A DNA stretch of 52,857 bases from Nitriliruptoraceae bacterium (GCA_007123425.1 SKLC01000079.1:1-52857), one strand, 5' to 3'; shown: positions 8,189 through 17,445, counted from the first letter of the stretch. Numbers and translations: made by a program. The notes: generated from the letters alone by a model not told the origin.

Positions 8189-9889
8189 TCAGCCGGTCGG
8201 CTCCGGCCGCTCACCGGCCACCGGAGCATCGTCGCGAACCTGGGCATCGTCGCGCGTCGGGGCATCGTCGCGCACCGGGGGCTCGTGGGAGACCGGGGGC
8301 TCGCCGGCGACCAGCGCCTCGGGCCGGGGTGGCTCGCTGGGCCGGGGGACCTTCTCGCTCTGCAGGCCGCGGAGCAGTGCGAAGACCATCGCGAACACCA
8401 TGATGAAGATCGGCAGCCCGATCACGGTGATCACCTGCTGCAGTGCTTCCAGTCCGACCTCGCCCGCCAGGGCGATCAGCGATCCGGCCAGGACGCCCTC
8501 CGAGACGCCCCAGAAGACCCGCTGGCGAACCGGCCCGGGGTCCTCGTCACCCGTGCAGAGGATGTCGACGACCAGCGATGCGGAATCCGAGGACGTCGCG
8601 AAGAAGATCGCCACGATCACCACGGCCAGCCCCTGGATGAGCGCGGTGGCCGGGAAGCTCTCGAAGAACGTGAACATCGCGAACTCGGGGCCCAGGCCGA
8701 CCGCCTCGGTGATCGGGCCACCGGTGCCGCCTATCCCGTCGATGTCCATCGCCGACCACCCGAAGACGGCGAACCAGACCAGGGTGAACAGCGAGGGTGC
8801 GAACAGCACCCCCATCACGAACTCGCGGATGGTGCGCCCCTTGGAGATGCGGGCGACGAAGATGCCGATGAACGGCGACCACGTCACCGTCCAGGCCCAG
8901 TAGAAGACCGTCCAGTTGCCCTGCCAGCCCCAGCCGTCCTCGCGCGTGTAGGTCGCGAGCGTGTCGTTCCAGAACGACAGCGGCACGATGTTCGACAGGT
9001 AGAGCCCGAAGGTCTCGATGATGCCGCGGATCAGGAACACCGTCGACCCGGTGAGCAGCACGAACACCATCAGACCGACGGCCATGCCGATGTTGAGGTT
9101 CGACAGCCGCTTGATGCCCTTGTCGAGCCCGGCGACGATCGAGCCGACCGCGACCGCGGTGAGCACGGCGATGATGGTCAGCTTCGCCGGCACGTTGTCG
9201 GGGACGCCCAGCAGCTCGGTGAGTCCGGCGTTGATCTGCGAGGTGCCCAGGCCGATGGAGACGGCGACCCCGAACAGGGTGCCCAGGATCGCGAAGACGT
9301 CGATGGTGCGACCCAGCGGCCCGTGGATGCGCTCCTTGAGGAAGGGGTAGAACACCGAGCTGACCCGCATCGGCAGCTGGTGGCGGTAGATGAAGTAGGC
9401 GAACGCGAGACCGGGCAGTGTGAAGATCGTCCAGGTGTGCAGGCCCAGGTGGTAGAGCGAGAAGCTCATGGCGTCCGTGGCGGCCTCGGGCGAGAACGGC
9501 TCGACGCCTGCGACCGGCGGCTCGGAGAAGTGGATGATGGGTTCGGCCACGCCCCAGAACATCAGCACCGTCCCGATGCCGCCCGCGAACAGCATCGTGA
9601 ACCAGGAGACGTTGCCGTAGGCGGGCTTGGCCTGCGGGCCGCCGAGACGCACGTTGCCGTAGCGGCTGAGCGCGACCCAGAGCAGGAAGGCGAGCCAGAC
9701 GGACACGCCGATGATGAAGAACCACCCCAGGTTCTCCACGATCCAGGCACGCCCCTCCAGGAAGGCCTCGCCGACCTGATCGGGGATCAACACCAACACG
9801 ACCAGGAACAGCACCATCAGCCCCGCCGCCCAGAAGAAGATCCTGGGCTCGGTCCGCAGCCCCAGCCTCGTCGCGAGCCTCTCGAGCAT
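8189..9889 (-). CDS. BCCT-family (betaine/carnitine/choline) transporter
   Basis: ATG 9889 (MLERLATRLG...). BCCT signature WTVFYWAWTVTWSPFIGIFVARISKGRTIREF. Multiple TM segments. Confidence 0.85.
   Translation of the reverse strand: MLERLATRLGLRTEPRIFFWAAGLMVLFLVVLVLIPDQVGEAFLEGRAWIVENLGWFFIIGVSVWLAFLLWVALSRYGNVRLGGPQAKPAYGNVSWFTMLFAGGIGTVLMFWGVAEPIIHFSEPPVAGVEPFSPEAATDAMSFSLYHLGLHTWTIFTLPGLAFAYFIYRHQLPMRVSSVFYPFLKERIHGPLGRTIDVFAILGTLFGVAVSIGLGTSQINAGLTELLGVPDNVPAKLTIIAVLTAVAVGSIVAGLDKGIKRLSNLNIGMAVGLMVFVLLTGSTVFLIRGIIETFGLYLSNIVPLSFWNDTLATYTREDGWGWQGNWTVFYWAWTVTWSPFIGIFVARISKGRTIREFVMGVLFAPSLFTLVWFAVFGWSAMDIDGIGGTGGPITEAVGLGPEFAMFTFFESFPATALIQGLAVVIVAIFFATSSDSASLVVDILCTGDEDPGPVRQRVFWGVSEGVLAGSLIALAGEVGLEALQQVITVIGLPIFIMVFAMVFALLRGLQSEKVPRPSEPPRPEALVAGEPPVSHEPPVRDDAPTRDDAQVRDDAPVAGERPEPTG
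8221..8310. repeat. Five tandem 18-bp units inside the 3' end of the BCCT gene
   Basis: Units: ccggagcatcgtcgcgaa / cctgggcatcgtcgcgcg / tcggggcatcgtcgcgca / ccgggggctcgtgggaga / ccgggggctcgccggcga. On the minus strand they encode the hexapeptide-repeat tail ...PPVSHEPPVRDDAPTRDDAQVRDDAPV... Confidence 0.75.
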
Positions 9890-10228
9890 GCCCCGCTCCC
9901 TCCCGCTGTGCCGGACGGCTACCCGGGCCCCTCCCGACCCGGCCGCGCGACCGAAGACGCAGCATGAACCCGGGCGGAGTGATTGTCCAGGGAAAACACG
10001 CGCATCGCCGCCCACGTCACGAGAAGCCGGGATGGCCTCGCTGCGAGGGCGTCACCCGACACAGAGCCATCACCGACCCGCGTCGAGGAACGCCTCGTTG
10101 CAGGGGCGGATCCTTCGCCGATGGCCGCGAGCTCCGGCGATCGGGACCTTCGCCTCTTGTCCCCGTATGTGCATCCCGATCTGCTGAGCGCACTGGGGCT
10201 GCTGCCCCGTGCCGTGTGGAGAACCGCG

Positions 10229-11386
10229 ATGTCCCTCCCCCAGCCCCCTGCCACCATCCCGAGCCCCGACAACCAGGCGGAGGCGGACGTCGACAGGCGC
10301 CTGTCCGCCCTGCTCGACCGAACGCGCTCGCGGCGCGACCTCCACCACGCGATGCTCGCTGTGACCACGGGTGACGGCACCCGACACTGGAGCGGTGCCA
10401 CCGGGGCGGCAGACGCGCACGGCACGCAGCTGCAGCCGGAGACCCCGTTCTTCGTCGCCAGCATCACCAAGAGGTTCATCGCCACCCTGGTCCTGCAGGC
10501 CTCCGAGCGGGGCGAGCTCGGACTCGACGACCGGATCGTCGACCACCTCCCCGCTGAGGTCACCGCCGGGCTGCACGTGCACAAGGGCGTCGACCACACG
10601 CCGGCGATCACGATCCGGCACCTGCTCAGCCACACCTCCGGGCTGCCCGACTACTTCGACAAGCCCAAGTCGGGCGGGCCGAGCCTGTTCCGGCAGCTGG
10701 CAGCTGGGCACGACGTCGGCTGGACCTTCGACGATGTGGTCCGCATGACCCGCGAGGAGCACAGTCCCCACTTTGCGCCGCAGGATCTCACCTCCCCCCG
10801 ACAGCGCGCCCGCTACTCCGACACCGGCTTCCAGCTGCTGATCGCCATCGTCGAACGGGCCACGGGCCAGCCCTTCGCTGCGCTGCTGACCGAACGCGTC
10901 CTCACCCCGCTCGGGCTCGAGCACACCTGGCTGCCCGGCCGGTCCCAGCCGGCCGCGCCCACCGTCGCGCCCGCACCCGTGTGCGCCAAGAAGCAGCCGC
11001 TCGAGCTGCCCGAGATGCTGGAGTCCTGCAACGACCTGATCTCGACCACCGGCGACCTGCTGGCCTTCCAACGGGCCCTGATCGCCGGAGCGCTGTTCGA
11101 GCGCCCGGCCACCACGGCGCTGCTCACCGAGCGCTCCAACCTGCTGCGCAACATGATCCCCAACCGCTACGGCCTGGGGACCTGGATCTTCCGCGTGAGC
11201 CGCCTCGCCGGCCCCGGCCGCCGGCCGGTCACCCTGGTCGGCCACGCCGGCGTCACCGGGACCTGGCTGTTCCATTGCCCCGAGCTCGACCTCCACCTCG
11301 CCGGCACGATCGATCAGAGCACCTTCTTCGCCCGTAGCGCCCCGTTCCAGATCATGGCCAGGATCCTGCGTGCGTGGGATGGCTGA
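10229..11386 (+). CDS. Serine hydrolase of the class C beta-lactamase / esterase family
   Basis: ATG 10229 (GGAG upstream) lies within the longer track ORF. SxxK motif FFVASITKRF, then LLSHTSGLPDY and a YSDTGF (YxN-like) motif. Confidence 0.8.
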   Translation: MSLPQPPATIPSPDNQAEADVDRRLSALLDRTRSRRDLHHAMLAVTTGDGTRHWSGATGAADAHGTQLQPETPFFVASITKRFIATLVLQASERGELGLDDRIVDHLPAEVTAGLHVHKGVDHTPAITIRHLLSHTSGLPDYFDKPKSGGPSLFRQLAAGHDVGWTFDDVVRMTREEHSPHFAPQDLTSPRQRARYSDTGFQLLIAIVERATGQPFAALLTERVLTPLGLEHTWLPGRSQPAAPTVAPAPVCAKKQPLELPEMLESCNDLISTTGDLLAFQRALIAGALFERPATTALLTERSNLLRNMIPNRYGLGTWIFRVSRLAGPGRRPVTLVGHAGVTGTWLFHCPELDLHLAGTIDQSTFFARSAPFQIMARILRAWDG

Positions 11387-12233
11387 TCCGGGCACGCGGC
11401 CCGTGCCCCGGCACCGTCACGGCCGCCGACGTGCCGCCTGCACGCTCGGTGGGGCCGCTGCGCTGGTCGGCGTCGGATGGGTCGGGCTGCGCACCGCGCC
11501 GAAAGCGCTGCCCGACACCCGGCTCACCGCCGGACCCATCACGACCATTGCCGTGCCCGACGGCCTGCCGGCACCCGTGGACCGGTTCTATCGGACGCTC
11601 TACGGCGACGAGGTGCCCATCGTCGAGACCGCGGTGATCAGCGGGCGCGGCCAGATGCGCATCAGCGGCATCACCTTCCCGGTGCGCTACCGGTTCAGCC
11701 ACGTCGCCGGCCACCACTACCGCCACCACATCGAGGTGACCTGGTTCGGCCGTCGCCTGCTCACCGTCGACGAGTGGTTCCTCGACGGGACCGCCCGGCT
11801 CGAGCTGCCGTTCGCGATGATGGAGGGCCCGAAGATCGATCAGGGCGCCAATCTGGCGCTGTGGGCGGAGGCAGGCTGGTTCCCCTCCATCTGGGTGACC
11901 GACCCCCGGTCCGGCTGGGAGTCGATCGATGCGACCTCGGCGCGTCTGCTGGTGCCCTTCGGCGACGAGACCGAGGAGCTCCTCCTCACCTTCGATGCCG
12001 AGACGGGGCTGCTGAGGCGCATGGCGTCGATGCGCTACAAGGGGCAAGAGGCGGAGCACAGGACCCTCTGGCTCAACGAGGCCCGGGACTGGGACATCCT
12101 CGACGGTGCGCCAGCGCCGAGAACCACCACGGTGACCTGGGCGGATGAGGGCACCCCGTGGGCCCGCCTACGCACCGAGGAGGTCATCCTCAACGCCGAC
12201 CTCGAGCGCTACATCGGGGCCCACGGCCCGTAG
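11379..12233 (+). CDS. Conserved hypothetical protein (possibly DUF6544-like)
   Basis: The ATG overlaps the stop of the upstream hydrolase (ATGGCTGA), which suggests coupling. Good GC3 and a globular sequence. The family assignment is from memory only. Confidence 0.6.
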   Translation: MADPGTRPVPRHRHGRRRAACTLGGAAALVGVGWVGLRTAPKALPDTRLTAGPITTIAVPDGLPAPVDRFYRTLYGDEVPIVETAVISGRGQMRISGITFPVRYRFSHVAGHHYRHHIEVTWFGRRLLTVDEWFLDGTARLELPFAMMEGPKIDQGANLALWAEAGWFPSIWVTDPRSGWESIDATSARLLVPFGDETEELLLTFDAETGLLRRMASMRYKGQEAEHRTLWLNEARDWDILDGAPAPRTTTVTWADEGTPWARLRTEEVILNADLERYIGAHGP

Positions 12234-12403
12234 GGCCTCCACGACAGCGCCGACCCAGAGGTGTCAGGCCCCAGGGAGCACCAGTTGGGCCGACAGCGTC
12301 AGCTGGCCCACCAGGCCAGGGCCCTTGGACCCTCGGCGCGGGGCACGGCGCGGCGCATGATGAATCGGATCCGAGATCGCGGACTCGATCGAGGAGGTTC
12401 ATC

Positions 12404-12802
12404 GTGGCCACCACGACACCTGTCTCCACCGCCCAGACGGTGGCCCTGCAGCGCATCGCGGCGGGGATCTCGCTGTTGATCGCGGTGCTCTACGGACTGA
12501 TCTGGGCCGGGGTGCTCACCGTCGTGACAGAGGCGGAGGTCGGCGAGCTCGGGATCCTCGGAATCGCGGGCCTGGTGTTCCTGGCGTTGGCCGCGCTGCT
12601 GTGGCGGTTCGCCAGCCGGATCCTGTGGGTCGCTACCGCCGTGCTCCAGGTGGGGATGATCTGGATGTACGTGGCGATCGGCGCCGAGCGGGACCCGGCC
12701 TTCGAGGTCTGGGGCATCACGATCCGGGTCGCGCAGGTGGCACTGATCGGCGTGCTGATCGCGCTCATCGTGCGCACCACGCGCCAGCGGAAGCGAGCAT
12801 GA
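12404..12802 (+). CDS. Small 4-TM membrane protein, unknown function
   Basis: GTG 12404 is preceded by GAGGAGG. 132 aa, four hydrophobic helices and a basic C-terminus. Confidence 0.6.
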   Translation: MATTTPVSTAQTVALQRIAAGISLLIAVLYGLIWAGVLTVVTEAEVGELGILGIAGLVFLALAALLWRFASRILWVATAVLQVGMIWMYVAIGAERDPAFEVWGITIRVAQVALIGVLIALIVRTTRQRKRA

Positions 12803-13686
12803 GCACGACCCGACGACCGTCCACGCAGCCGCTGTCGCGGAGCGTCGACGACGGAGCCGGACATCCAGCCCCGTTGGCCTACACGCTGCTCCTGGCGGGC
12901 ATCATGGTGGCCGCAGCCCTCTACGGCCTGCTGATGGACGGCGCCTACCGGGCCCCGGAGGGAGTCCGGCCGACCCTGCCGGAGACATTGCGCGGCCAGG
13001 ACGTCGTGAATCTGCTCGCTGCCGTGGCGCTCGTCTGGGGTGGCCTGCGCGCCCGCGCGGGGCAGCTGCTCGGGCACGTCGTGTGGCTCGCGATCTGCCT
13101 CTACATCTCCTACACGTACCTGATGTACGTCGTCGCGCCCTACAACGATGCGCTGCTGCTCTACATCGCCGGTATCGGGCTGGGCACCTACGGCCTGGTC
13201 CACGGGCTGGTGCGCCTGCGCGAACGGGCGGTCGCGGAAGCGTTCGCGGACCTCCCCCGGCGAGGGCTCGCCTGGTTCCTGCTCGCCCTGGCCGGATTGT
13301 TCGCCACGATGTGGATCGTCGACATCCTCTCGGTCTGGCCTGGAGGCGTGCCCGAGGGGCTGTTCACCTACGACATCCCGAGCATCGTGCACGTGCTCGA
13401 TCTCGGCATCGTGCTGCCTCTGCTGGCCATCACCGGCGTGATGCTGCTGCGCAGCCATCCGATCGCCCCCGTGCTCGCCGTGATGCTGCTCGTCAAGACG
13501 CTGACGCTGGGACTGGCCCTGCTCTCGATGAACGCCTTCATCGCCGCGTCGGCCGGGCTGACCGATCCGAGCGAGCCGGCGATCTGGAGCGTGGTGGTCG
13601 CCGTGAGCCTGGCGTGGCTGGTGTTCGTGCTGCGTCGCATGCGCGAGCCGCAGGGACCGTGGCTGCGGCCATCGATCTGGGCGTGA
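12799..13686 (+). CDS. Polytopic membrane protein, unknown function
   Basis: ATG 12799 overlaps the upstream stop (ATGA). 295 aa, ~8 predicted TM helices, high GC3. Confidence 0.65.
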   Translation: MSTTRRPSTQPLSRSVDDGAGHPAPLAYTLLLAGIMVAAALYGLLMDGAYRAPEGVRPTLPETLRGQDVVNLLAAVALVWGGLRARAGQLLGHVVWLAICLYISYTYLMYVVAPYNDALLLYIAGIGLGTYGLVHGLVRLRERAVAEAFADLPRRGLAWFLLALAGLFATMWIVDILSVWPGGVPEGLFTYDIPSIVHVLDLGIVLPLLAITGVMLLRSHPIAPVLAVMLLVKTLTLGLALLSMNAFIAASAGLTDPSEPAIWSVVVAVSLAWLVFVLRRMREPQGPWLRPSIWA

Positions 13687-13968
13687 CCACCCAATCTGTC
13701 CCAGACGCCGGGAACGCACAGCCCGTGGACCTGCACGACCCCCGACGACGACCACCTGTCGCGAGACGTCCTCGAGCTGACCCGGTCGGTTCCCACCGAG
13801 CTCTGGGGCCGCGACGATCTCGCCCTCGGCGAGATGTGGAACTCCAACTCGGTCATCTCGTGGTTGCTGGAGCGGGCAGGGATCTCCACCCATGGGATCC
13901 ACCCACCGCCAGGTGGTCGGGCGCCCGGCTGGCACGCCGGACGAGCGCTGGCTCTGGCGTTGTGGTGA
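13687..13968 (+). pseudogene. Start-less C-terminal domain fragment, in frame directly after the TGA of the upstream gene
   Basis: A 94-codon open frame with coding-like GC3 ends at TGA 13966-13968. It translates to ...DDDHLSRDVLELTRSVPTELWGRDDLALGEMWNSNSVISWLLERAGISTHGIHPPPGGRAPGWHAGRALALALW. No in-frame ATG/GTG/TTG occurs before the late Met in GEMWNSNS. Confidence 0.35.
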
Positions 13969-14015
13969 TGTGCGACCAGGGCCATTGCTCCTCGGCTCGG
14001 GCTCCACCCTCGGGG

Positions 14016-15089
14016 TCAGGGCCGCACGGTGACGACCACCGACAGGTCGGGGGGCGGGGTGTCGTGGGAGAGCAGGCGCTGGTAGAGCCGGTGGTAGTCG
14101 GCCACCAGCCGGGGCGCGTCGAAGCGTTCGAGGACGACCTGTCGGCAGTCGGCCGGTGCGAGGGTCACGGCGCGTGCGGCCGCGTCGGTGAACGCCGCCA
14201 GATCGCCGGGCGTCACGAGCAGCCCGTTGCGTCCGTGCTCGATCACCTCGGGCAGGGCCCCGTGGGCGAAGGCCACCACCGGGGTGCCGCAGGCGTTGGC
14301 CTCGATCGGGACGAGCCCGAAGGGCTCGGGCCAGGTGATGGGAAACAGCACCGCTGCCGCCTCGCCCAGCAGAGCGCACTTGTCAGCGTGGCTGGCCACC
14401 TCGACGAGCTCGACCTCGCCGCGCTCGATGGCGGGGGCGATGTGGGCCGCGAAGTAGTCCTGCTCGTCGGCCTGGTTGACCTTTATGGCCATCTTCAGCC
14501 GCCGACCCAGCCGGCGGGCGACCTCGATGGCGAGCTCGGGCCCCTTCTCCGCCGCGGCCCGCCCCGCGTAGGCCAGATGCTCGCCCTTGACGGCCACATA
14601 GGGGTGGGCGGCGACGTCGACGGCGTTGTGCACCGTCGACGCCAGACGGATACCTGCCGGGGTGCGTGCGGCCTGGTCGCGGCTGATGGCCACCAGATGA
14701 ACGCGGTCGCTGACGCGCCGCGCGAGCTCGGCGGTGGCGGCCGTCCAGCGGCCGTGCAGGGTGTGCACCACCGGGGTGCCATCGACGACCGCGCCCACGG
14801 CCAGCCCCAGCCGCGTGTGATTGTGGATGAGGTCCACCTCGCCCCGGTGCGCGAAGCCGGCCAGCACGTGGCTGAGCTCGAGCTCGGGATCACCCAGCTC
14901 CCGCGTCGGAGGCGAGTCGAAGGTGGGGATTAGGTGGCCGGCGGTCTGCGACCCGCCCGCGGCCACCAACCAGACCTCGTGGCCCTGGGCGATGAGCCCC
15001 TCGGTCAGCAGCGACACCACCTGCTCGGCGCCCCCGTAGCCGGAGGGCGGCACCGTGAACCACGGCGGGGCGATCTGCAGGATCCGCAC
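14016..15089 (-). CDS. Glycosyltransferase family 4 (GT-B, group 1)
   Basis: MRILQIAPPWFTVPPSGYGGAEQVV N-terminus and the C-terminal EPFGLVPIEANACGTPVVA motif. Confidence 0.9.
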   Translation of the reverse strand: MRILQIAPPWFTVPPSGYGGAEQVVSLLTEGLIAQGHEVWLVAAGGSQTAGHLIPTFDSPPTRELGDPELELSHVLAGFAHRGEVDLIHNHTRLGLAVGAVVDGTPVVHTLHGRWTAATAELARRVSDRVHLVAISRDQAARTPAGIRLASTVHNAVDVAAHPYVAVKGEHLAYAGRAAAEKGPELAIEVARRLGRRLKMAIKVNQADEQDYFAAHIAPAIERGEVELVEVASHADKCALLGEAAAVLFPITWPEPFGLVPIEANACGTPVVAFAHGALPEVIEHGRNGLLVTPGDLAAFTDAAARAVTLAPADCRQVVLERFDAPRLVADYHRLYQRLLSHDTPPPDLSVVVTVRP

Positions 15090-15122
15090 GTGCGCCTCCT
15101 GTCTCCCCCCGGTCGCCGGTGG

Positions 15123-15362
15123 TCAGAGATAGTGGCCGGGCTGGCTGCCCGGCAGCTCGTTGGCCTGTTGCGCACGCATCCGGGCCAGCTGCTGCTGGGC
15201 GGCCATCTGCTGGGTGGAGGCGATGCGCAGCAGCCGTGCTGGCTCCTCCACCTCCTCGCGCGGCCCGTCCGCCTGGCCGGGGTCCGGGGCCACGAACCGG
15301 GCGCCGCCGGCGCCGGACTCGATCGGCTGGTGCGTGTCGGGGGTGGGCGCTCTCTGCCGCAT
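15123..15362 (-). CDS. Small (79 aa) Gln-rich protein ending in GHYL; possible Bpa/PafE-like (DUF2587) mini-protein
   Basis: ATG 15362 has GGAG 9 nt upstream and near-100% GC3. It sits 33 bp upstream of the GT4 gene on the same strand. Alternative upstream starts at 15476, 15482 and 15533 are in frame. Confidence 0.55.
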   Translation of the reverse strand: MRQRAPTPDTHQPIESGAGGARFVAPDPGQADGPREEVEEPARLLRIASTQQMAAQQQLARMRAQQANELPGSQPGHYL

Positions 15363-15686
15363 GTCGCTCGCTCCAGGTCGTTCGTCGCTTCGGCCCGGGC
15401 CGGGGAGTCCCCTCCAGGGTGGGACGACTCGACGACGGACGGCAGGGCCCAACGCCCCCTCATCGTCAGCGCGCATGCCCATGGCCGCCGACCACCCGGC
15501 CACGACCGGCCACGGCGGGCTCCGTGCGGCCACCGCCGGGCGCCGGTGCGTTGCGCTGCTGCGCGCCGCGTGTGGGGATGGTGCTCGGAGCCGGTGTGAC
15601 GTTCGGCTCTACGGATCCCGCCTGGCGACGGTCACGATGGATGCACGCCCCCTGGACGGTCAGGCGCCGTGGAGAGTGAGCAGGAG

Positions 15687-16112
15687 ATGTCGATTCCCGG
15701 TGCGCGCGATCGCGGTTCGGAGCCGCCGGCCTGGGGAGCCCGCACAGGGCAGCGACGCGTGCTCATCGAACATGCGGATGCCGGCACGCGGCAGCGGCTC
15801 GAGGCCGGCCTGCGCGCCCGTGGCTACGACACGCTCGCCTGCCCCGGCCCAGATCAACGTGACGGCTGCCCCCTTCTGGGACAGACGATCTGCCCCGCCG
15901 TCGCCCAGGCAGACGTCGTGGTCACCGGCCTGGCCGACGACGGCCCCGGGCGGGTGGTCGCCACCACCATCCGCTACCACTACCCGGACCGCCCCCTCCT
16001 GATCGAGGCTGGCCCGGGGGTTCGACGCAATCTCGACCCGACGCTGCACGGCCATCTGGTGGAGCGCCTCGAGGTCGACGACATCGCGGCCATGGCCGAG
16101 GCGATGGGCTGA
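15687..16112 (+). CDS. Orphan receiver-like (pseudo-REC) protein with a three-Cys insertion
   Basis: The RRVLIEHADAG...ADVVVTGL...PLLIEAG pattern resembles REC beta1/beta3/beta4. An ACPGP-x5-CPLL-x5-CPAV cluster precedes beta3. GTG 15669 is an alternative start. Confidence 0.55.
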   Translation: MSIPGARDRGSEPPAWGARTGQRRVLIEHADAGTRQRLEAGLRARGYDTLACPGPDQRDGCPLLGQTICPAVAQADVVVTGLADDGPGRVVATTIRYHYPDRPLLIEAGPGVRRNLDPTLHGHLVERLEVDDIAAMAEAMG

Positions 16113-16158
16113 CAGCACCGCAGCACCGGGCTCTGGCGCGTCCCCGAGAGGAAGCTCG

Positions 16159-17445
16159 ATGGATCGCAACGCCTTCGTGATCGGGATGGACGAGTTCAAT
16201 CTGGCCACGATGCAGGGACTGCGGGAGGCGCACCGCTACACCTTCCACGGGCTGCTGCCGCTGGAGCAGGTGCTCAAGGCCGATGCCTACGACTACGAGC
16301 AGCTGGTGGCCGACGCCGATCAGCAGCTGTGGAAGTGCGGCCACAGCGTGGATGCGATCGTGACCTGGTGGGACTTCCCCTCGACCGGGCTGCTGCCGGT
16401 GCTCTCCGAGCTGTGGGACCTGCCTGGCCCCGACCTGCGTGCCATCGTCGCGCTGGAGCACAAGTACTGGTCGCGGCTCGAGCAGCGGGCAGCTGCCGGC
16501 GACCACGTGCCACCGTTCACCGTGTTCGACCCCTTCGATGACGAGGCGCTCGCCACCATCGGCCGCCACGGCGTGGCCTTGCCGTTCTGGGTCAAGCCGG
16601 TGAAGTCGGTGGGTTCCTACCTCGGCTTCCGCATCGAGACCCCCGAGGATTTCGAAGAGGCGATGGTCGAGACCCGTGCCGGCATCGCCCAGTACGGCGA
16701 ACCCTTCCAGCAGGTCCTCGACCGGGTCGATGCCCCGCCGATGGTGCGAAACGCCGGCGCGCTGGCCTGCATCGCCGAGAGCATCATCAGCGGCTGGCAG
16801 TGCACCGTGGAGGGCTACGTCTCTGGTGGCAAGGCTGTGCCCTATGGGCTGGTGGACTCGATCACCGAGCCGAACAGCTCCACCTTCCGCGGGTACCAGT
16901 ACCCCTCACAGCTGCCCGAACCCATCCAGCGGCGCATGTACGACATCGCCACCGACGTCATCCGCCACGTGGGCCTCGACCACTGCTGCTTCAACATCGA
17001 GTTCTACTACGACGAGACCGCCGGCCGCATCTGGCTGCTCGAGGTCAACACCCGCACCTCGCAGTCGCACTGCGACCTGTTCGCCAAGGTCGACGGCGCC
17101 TCCACGCAGCGGGCCATGCTCGACGTCGCCCAGGGCCGCGCGCCCCGCATGCCCCACCGGCAGGGCACCCACCGGGTGGCCGGCAAGCTCTACCTGCGCA
17201 CCACCCGCGACGGCATCGTGCACGCCCTGCCCGACGACGAGCATCTCCGCAAGGTCACCGAGCGGTTCCCCGGCACCCGCATCGCCTTCGATGTCGGCGT
17301 CGGCGACCGGCTCTCCGACCTCAACGTGCAGGAGTCCTACAGCTACGAGCTCGGCCATGCCTTCGTGGGCGCGGAGAGCCACGCCCAGCTCGATGAGCGT
17401 TTCGACCAGATCGCGACCACGCTGACCTTCGACATCGCGCGATGA
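16159..17445 (+). CDS. ATP-grasp family ligase (carboxylate-amine/L-amino-acid-ligase-like), 428 aa
   Basis: FWVKPVKSVGS (ATP Lys), ESIISGWQCTVEGYV and IWLLEVNTRTSQSH (E-x-N Mg site). Lies 46 bp downstream of the REC-like gene. Confidence 0.85.
   Translation: MDRNAFVIGMDEFNLATMQGLREAHRYTFHGLLPLEQVLKADAYDYEQLVADADQQLWKCGHSVDAIVTWWDFPSTGLLPVLSELWDLPGPDLRAIVALEHKYWSRLEQRAAAGDHVPPFTVFDPFDDEALATIGRHGVALPFWVKPVKSVGSYLGFRIETPEDFEEAMVETRAGIAQYGEPFQQVLDRVDAPPMVRNAGALACIAESIISGWQCTVEGYVSGGKAVPYGLVDSITEPNSSTFRGYQYPSQLPEPIQRRMYDIATDVIRHVGLDHCCFNIEFYYDETAGRIWLLEVNTRTSQSHCDLFAKVDGASTQRAMLDVAQGRAPRMPHRQGTHRVAGKLYLRTTRDGIVHALPDDEHLRKVTERFPGTRIAFDVGVGDRLSDLNVQESYSYELGHAFVGAESHAQLDERFDQIATTLTFDIAR

Noticed and set aside
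13684-13686. In-frame TGA as a selenocysteine codon.
   Set aside because: No SECIS-like hairpin lies immediately downstream and there is no redox-motif context (IWA-TGA-PPNL). Remnant or nonsense mutation is far more likely.
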